DNA of 61,727 nucleotides, counting the filler, from Actinomycetota bacterium (GTDB lineage Bacteria; Actinomycetota; CADDZG01; JAHWKV01; JAOPZY01), in the NCBI GenBank assembly GCA_025963875.1. It is 6 parts of 6 records of this genome, joined end to end, with 100 filler letters (N's around TTAATTAATTAA, not from the genome) between each part and the next. Parts side by side here need not be neighbours in the genome. Positions count along the whole stretch, not along the records: positions 55,012 to 61,727 come from JAOPZY010000132.1; 5 more parts are not named here. One strand, 5' to 3'. The notes under the pieces are model-generated. The model searched no databases. It worked only from the letters and a program-made list of their open reading frames with translations, and was not told the origin of the DNA. A program made the position numbers and the translations under genes. Shown here in pieces: positions 58,001-61,727 of the stretch; the first letter of the stretch is position 1; every line of letters starts with the position of its first letter.

Positions 58001-58501
58001 ACGGAGCTGGGCATGGCTGAGGCCCTCGGCAACCCCACTGCGCTGCCGGTGGACGGCTGCGGCCACTCGGGCGGCGAGGATCTCGGCCGTTCGCCGGGTG
58101 TCTTCGTCGCAGATGTCCGGGACGTCGTAGCCGGCGATCAGGAGGCCGACAAAGCTCTCATCCGCCAGCAGCGGCCACGCGGCCACGTCCTCGACGCCGT
58201 CCGGCGAGAGAGCCGCGCGCAGAGGCCCAAGGTCGGGCGCGGACGCCGGAAGGGCCTCGATGGCGGCAAGCGACTGCGGCGAAAGTCCGTACGACCCGGC
58301 GACGGTCATTGTTCCGTTGGGTGCGACAAGGGCGACGGCTCCGTGTTGCGCGCCGAGCACGTCCGCGAGGCCCTCGAGGGCCTGGCCGAGGAGCTCTGTC
58401 GCCTGCGCGTCATCCGCCGCGCCCGCGTGGCAGAGGACCACCTGCAGCCCCTCCAGGCTGGTGCGCGCCGGCGCCGCGAGCGCTGGTCGTTCCGTCCGCA
58501 T
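55013..58501 (-). CDS. Multi-GAF/PAS SpoIIE (PP2C, RsbU-like) phosphatase (3'-partial)
   Basis: Several GAF and PAS domains, then LQASLLP, VGGDFYD, GDISGKG, GGHPPP, FTDGL, FGEERL. GGAGG RBS. Confidence 0.92.
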
Positions 58502-58639
58502 CGATCCTCCGAACCCCTGCTCGTTGCGGTCCAACCGGCCTCCTCACCACCTGATCCGGGGCTACAGACCAACAGAAATTGTAAAGCTTGCAGGGCGAGG
58601 ACTGCCCCGTTGCGCCCGAGGGTCCAGCTGGCTGTGCGC

Positions 58640-58660
58640 TATGCTCGAACAGATGTTCGA
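58640..58660 (+). promoter_or_regulatory. -10 (TATGCT) plus perfect LexA box TCGAACAGATGTTCGA over the helicase start
   Basis: Matches the actinobacterial consensus TCGAAC-N4-GTTCGA. ATG 58653 lies inside the box. Confidence 0.85.
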
Positions 58661-60713
58661 GTCTGTGCAACTCACCGAGGAGCAGCGACGGGCCGCCACC
58701 TACCAGGGCGGCAACCTCCTCATCGTCGCCGGGGCCGGCACGGGCAAGACCACGACCCTGACCGCCCGCCTCGGCCATCTCGTGTCGTCCGGCGTCCCGC
58801 CGGAACGCATCCTGCTGCTCACGTTCAGCCGGCGGGCGGCCGCCGAGCTCCTTCGGCGCGCCGACCAGGTCACCGGCCAGGAGGTAGCCGCGGCGGCCTG
58901 GGGAGGCACGTTCCACGCCATCGCCAACCGCCTCCTGCGCCGCCACGGGCGGGCAATCGGGGTCCAACCGAGCTTCACCGTCCTCGACCGGGCCGACACC
59001 GCCGACCTGCTCGCCCTCGTGCGCGACGAGCTCACGGGACCGCGGGACCGTGGCGGGCACCCCGATGGCCCCCGCGCCCAGCGGCGGGCACGCAAGGAGA
59101 CGCTCGCCGACATCCTGAGCCGCTGCACCAACGCCCGGACCCCCCTGTCGGCGATGCTCCGCGCCCACTACCCCTGGTGCGCAGAGGAGCGGGCCGAGAT
59201 GCGCGACAGCTTCGACGCGTACACCGCCCGCAAGCGTGCCCGCGGCGTGCTCGACTACGACGACCTGCTGCTGTGCTGGGGCGCGCTGCTGGAGGCACCC
59301 GATGTCGCCATGCTGCTGCGGGCGCAGTTCGACCACATCCTCGTCGACGAGTACCAGGACACGAACCCGTTGCAGGCCGACCTGCTCGAGGCGATGTGCG
59401 GTGGCGGCGCCCTCATCACGGCCGTGGGAGACGACGCCCAGGCCATCTACTCGTTCCGGGCGGCGGCCCATCGCAACATCATGGACTTCCCGGTCCGGTT
59501 CTCGGCCGAGATGGTGACCCTGGAACAGAACCATCGATCCACACCCGCGATCCTGGCCGCCACCAACGCCGTGATCGCCGAGGCTGCCGAGCGCCACCCC
59601 AAGCAGCTCTGGTCCCGGCGGGAGGTCAGGGGGCGCCCGGCGCTCGTGCGCTGCGACGACGAATCGGACCAGTCACGACAGGTCTGCGCCCGTATCCTCG
59701 AGCACCACGAGCAGGGGACGCTGCTGATGGCCCAGGCCGTGCTCGTGCGCTCCGCCCACCACAGCGACCTGCTCGAGCTGGAGCTCACGGCCCGCAACAT
59801 CCCCTTCGTCAAGTACGGCGGTCTCCGCTTCCTGGAGGCAGCCCACGTGAAGGACCTGCTGTGCCTGCTGCGGCTGGCGGAGAACCCCCACGACGAGCTG
59901 GCCTGGTTCCGCCTCCTGCAGTTCCTCGACGGCGTCGGGCCTGCGACGGCCCGGCGGATCACGGGGGACGTGGTCACGGCGATGCTGCCGCTGGCCGCAC
60001 TGGAGGAGGCCGCCGGTGGCCGGTCGGTCTCGCACGAGGCCCGGACCGGCGCCCTCGACCTCGTGGCCGCCATCCGCCAGGCGGCCACCCTCGGGGTCCA
60101 ACGGGCGGGGCCAGCGGTGGAGCGGGTCCGGCTGTGGCTCGACCCCCGTCTCGAGCACCGCTACAACGACGTGGAGGCCCGCCGGGCAGACCTCGAGCAG
60201 CTGACCCTGGCGGCGGCGGGGGCCTCGACGCTGCGGCAGTTCCTCGCCGACCTCACACTGGATCCACCAGCGGCCACGAGCGACCTGGCGGGGCCGCCGC
60301 ACCTTGACGAGGACTTCATCACCATCAGCACCATCCACTCGGCGAAGGGCTGCGAGTGGGACGTCGTGCACATCCTCCACGTCGCCGACGGCAACATCCC
60401 GTCTGACATGGCCACCGGCGACCCGGAGGCGGTCGAGGAGGAGCGGCGCCTCCTGTACGTGGCGATGACGAGGGCACGCAACCACCTGTACGCCTACCTG
60501 CCGCTGCGCTACCACCACCGGCGGTTCGGGCAGGAGGACCCGCACGGCTACGCGCAGCTGTCCCGGTTCTTCACGCCGGGGGTGCTTGCCTGCCTCGACG
60601 ATCCCGGCAAGCCGGCGGCGGCAGGCCCGGGCGACGGGCCGTCCCTCAACCACATGCCGGATCACCCGGCCATGCAGCGCCTTGACCGGGCCATCGCCAG
60701 CCTCTGGGACTGA
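58653..60713 (+). CDS. UvrD/PcrA-like ATP-dependent helicase
   Basis: LTEEQ, AGAGTGKT, TFHA, VDEYQD, VGDDAQAIYSFR, NHRS, STIHSAKGCEW, EERRLLYVAMTRA. Confidence 0.93.
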   Translation: MFESVQLTEEQRRAATYQGGNLLIVAGAGTGKTTTLTARLGHLVSSGVPPERILLLTFSRRAAAELLRRADQVTGQEVAAAAWGGTFHAIANRLLRRHGRAIGVQPSFTVLDRADTADLLALVRDELTGPRDRGGHPDGPRAQRRARKETLADILSRCTNARTPLSAMLRAHYPWCAEERAEMRDSFDAYTARKRARGVLDYDDLLLCWGALLEAPDVAMLLRAQFDHILVDEYQDTNPLQADLLEAMCGGGALITAVGDDAQAIYSFRAAAHRNIMDFPVRFSAEMVTLEQNHRSTPAILAATNAVIAEAAERHPKQLWSRREVRGRPALVRCDDESDQSRQVCARILEHHEQGTLLMAQAVLVRSAHHSDLLELELTARNIPFVKYGGLRFLEAAHVKDLLCLLRLAENPHDELAWFRLLQFLDGVGPATARRITGDVVTAMLPLAALEEAAGGRSVSHEARTGALDLVAAIRQAATLGVQRAGPAVERVRLWLDPRLEHRYNDVEARRADLEQLTLAAAGASTLRQFLADLTLDPPAATSDLAGPPHLDEDFITISTIHSAKGCEWDVVHILHVADGNIPSDMATGDPEAVEEERRLLYVAMTRARNHLYAYLPLRYHHRRFGQEDPHGYAQLSRFFTPGVLACLDDPGKPAAAGPGDGPSLNHMPDHPAMQRLDRAIASLWD

Positions 60714-60743
60714 GCCCATTGCCCGGGCTGCTTGGAGTCGAGA

Positions 60744-61436
60744 TCATGTCGACAGGCTGAGTCCGGCCAGCGCCGGTTGGGACGGGGCGCCGCTGCCGCC
60801 CGGAGGGCTCAGCTCCGTGATCTTGAGCTCCACGCGGGTGATTCCGGCCACATTGACCTTGAAGTCAACCGCCTCCCCGAAGCGGAGGGTCTTCGGGGGC
60901 GTCAGGTAAACCTTGCCGTCCCCGACGATCTCGAGCTTGACCGTCTGAACCGTTGCCTGGCTGGTATCGGCGAACCCGGCGGTCAAGGAGAGCTGGCTGT
61001 AGGCCTTGCTCAGCACGAAATCGAGGGAGCCGACGCCCCCCGCAAAAAGATCGCAGTAGTACGCGGTCGGAAATGGATGTCCGGCGACCTTCACTTCGCC
61101 GAACTGCCACGCGGCTCCCTGCGCAAGGTCAGGGCTGCGACACTGCGCCTGATCGATCGGCTGGAGGTCTCGCCCGAGGACGACGGCGCCCGGCGGAGCA
61201 CTCGATGCTGGTTCCGAACTTCCGCCGGGACCTGAACCGAGGACAGTACTGGTGGGCACCGCGGCGCCCGGCGTCGTGGACGACTGCGTGGATGATGGCG
61301 CGCGGGGAGTGGGATTCGCAGACCCGCCTCCGAGTTGCAGCACGAGGATGACGACAGTGGCAATTCCGATTCCTGCCGGCAGCACGTACTGGAGACGCCA
61401 CGCGAAGGGTTGCCTCCCTTGGGTGTCACGGCTCAC
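60744..61436 (-). CDS. Membrane-anchored protein with an NPCBM/NEW2-like beta-sandwich
   Basis: N-terminal TM, Ser/Thr/Pro linker, LDFVLSKAYSQL...AGFAD...EIVGDGK...VNVAG. Confidence 0.65.
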   Translation of the reverse strand: MSRDTQGRQPFAWRLQYVLPAGIGIATVVILVLQLGGGSANPTPRAPSSTQSSTTPGAAVPTSTVLGSGPGGSSEPASSAPPGAVVLGRDLQPIDQAQCRSPDLAQGAAWQFGEVKVAGHPFPTAYYCDLFAGGVGSLDFVLSKAYSQLSLTAGFADTSQATVQTVKLEIVGDGKVYLTPPKTLRFGEAVDFKVNVAGITRVELKITELSPPGGSGAPSQPALAGLSLST

Positions 61437-61439
61437 GGC

Positions 61440-61727
61440 TTATGAACCGAGCTTGGGATTGCCGATGGCGACCTCGCCGGACTGGCCCGCCTTCCAGAGC
61501 ACCGTGATCTTGATGCGGAGGGCCTTGGTGACGTCGAGGTCGATGTTCTTGGTCTCTCCGAAGTTGACGACGGTCGAGTAGACGGGGGCTGCGTTGTCCA
61601 GGCTGATGTCCACCTGGTAGGACGCGCCGGAGGATTGGTTGTCGGGGATGCCAAGGGACCCCACGAAGCGGTGCTTGGATCTGCCGGCGTCGATCTGGAC
61701 GTTCGCGGAAGCGTTTCGTGGAGAGAT
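61440..61727 (-). CDS. C-terminal NPCBM/NEW2-like domain (5'-partial)
   Basis: Frame open to the window end. RFVGSLGIPD...LDN...IDLDVTKALRIKI...IGNPKL. Confidence 0.6.
   Translation of the reverse strand: MSPRNASANVQIDAGRSKHRFVGSLGIPDNQSSGASYQVDISLDNAAPVYSTVVNFGETKNIDLDVTKALRIKITVLWKAGQSGEVAIGNPKLGS

Noticed and set aside
56279..60307. 1342-aa ORF and other long alternative-frame ORFs (3917-5986, 19342-21276, 25327-27888, 50359-52317)
   Set aside because: Shadow frames overlapping well-supported genes; Arg/Gly/Pro-rich with no domain motifs.
1..61727. tRNA, rRNA or riboswitch genes
   Set aside because: No cloverleaf with T-loop/CCA, rRNA-like tract or recognisable riboswitch consensus was seen by eye in the intergenic regions.

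Overview
High-GC Actinomycetota-like sequence, most likely a draft genome or MAG. It is six separate contigs joined by artificial N44-TTAATTAATTAA-N44 linkers (8053-8152, 14385-14484, 34678-34777, 43065-43164, 54912-55011), so genes on either side of a linker are not necessarily neighbours. Contig 1: UvrD2/HRDC helicase divergent from a Cas4/AddB-like Fe-S nuclease, an acyl-CoA synthetase, an M48 peptidase and a metallophosphoesterase. Contig 2: a decaying LAL/LuxR-regulated cluster with a shared palindromic operator and several pseudogenes. Contig 3: the tail of an IS607-like TnpB, a GntR regulator, and the hom-thrC-thrB-glucosidase-cDPGS-2PGK-rho-rpmE-prfA-prmC-rpiB region, plus murT/gatD. 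Contig 4: menDCAB/menE and an ADP-ribosyltransferase-like polymorphic toxin tip with a candidate immunity gene. Contig 5: a 539-aa orphan protein with Rep-like motifs in a heavily hairpinned cassette (best candidate for an undescribed mobile-element system), ligC and Prim-PolC, an M50-CBS-PDZ-Lon double-protease fusion, MscS and TnpB. Contig 6: a GAF/PAS-PP2C phosphatase, a LexA-boxed UvrD-like helicase and NPCBM-like proteins. Also seen: a dispersed 53-bp AT-rich inverted-repeat element with covarying arms, and frequent leaderless promoters. All calls come from motif recognition by eye; no searches were run.
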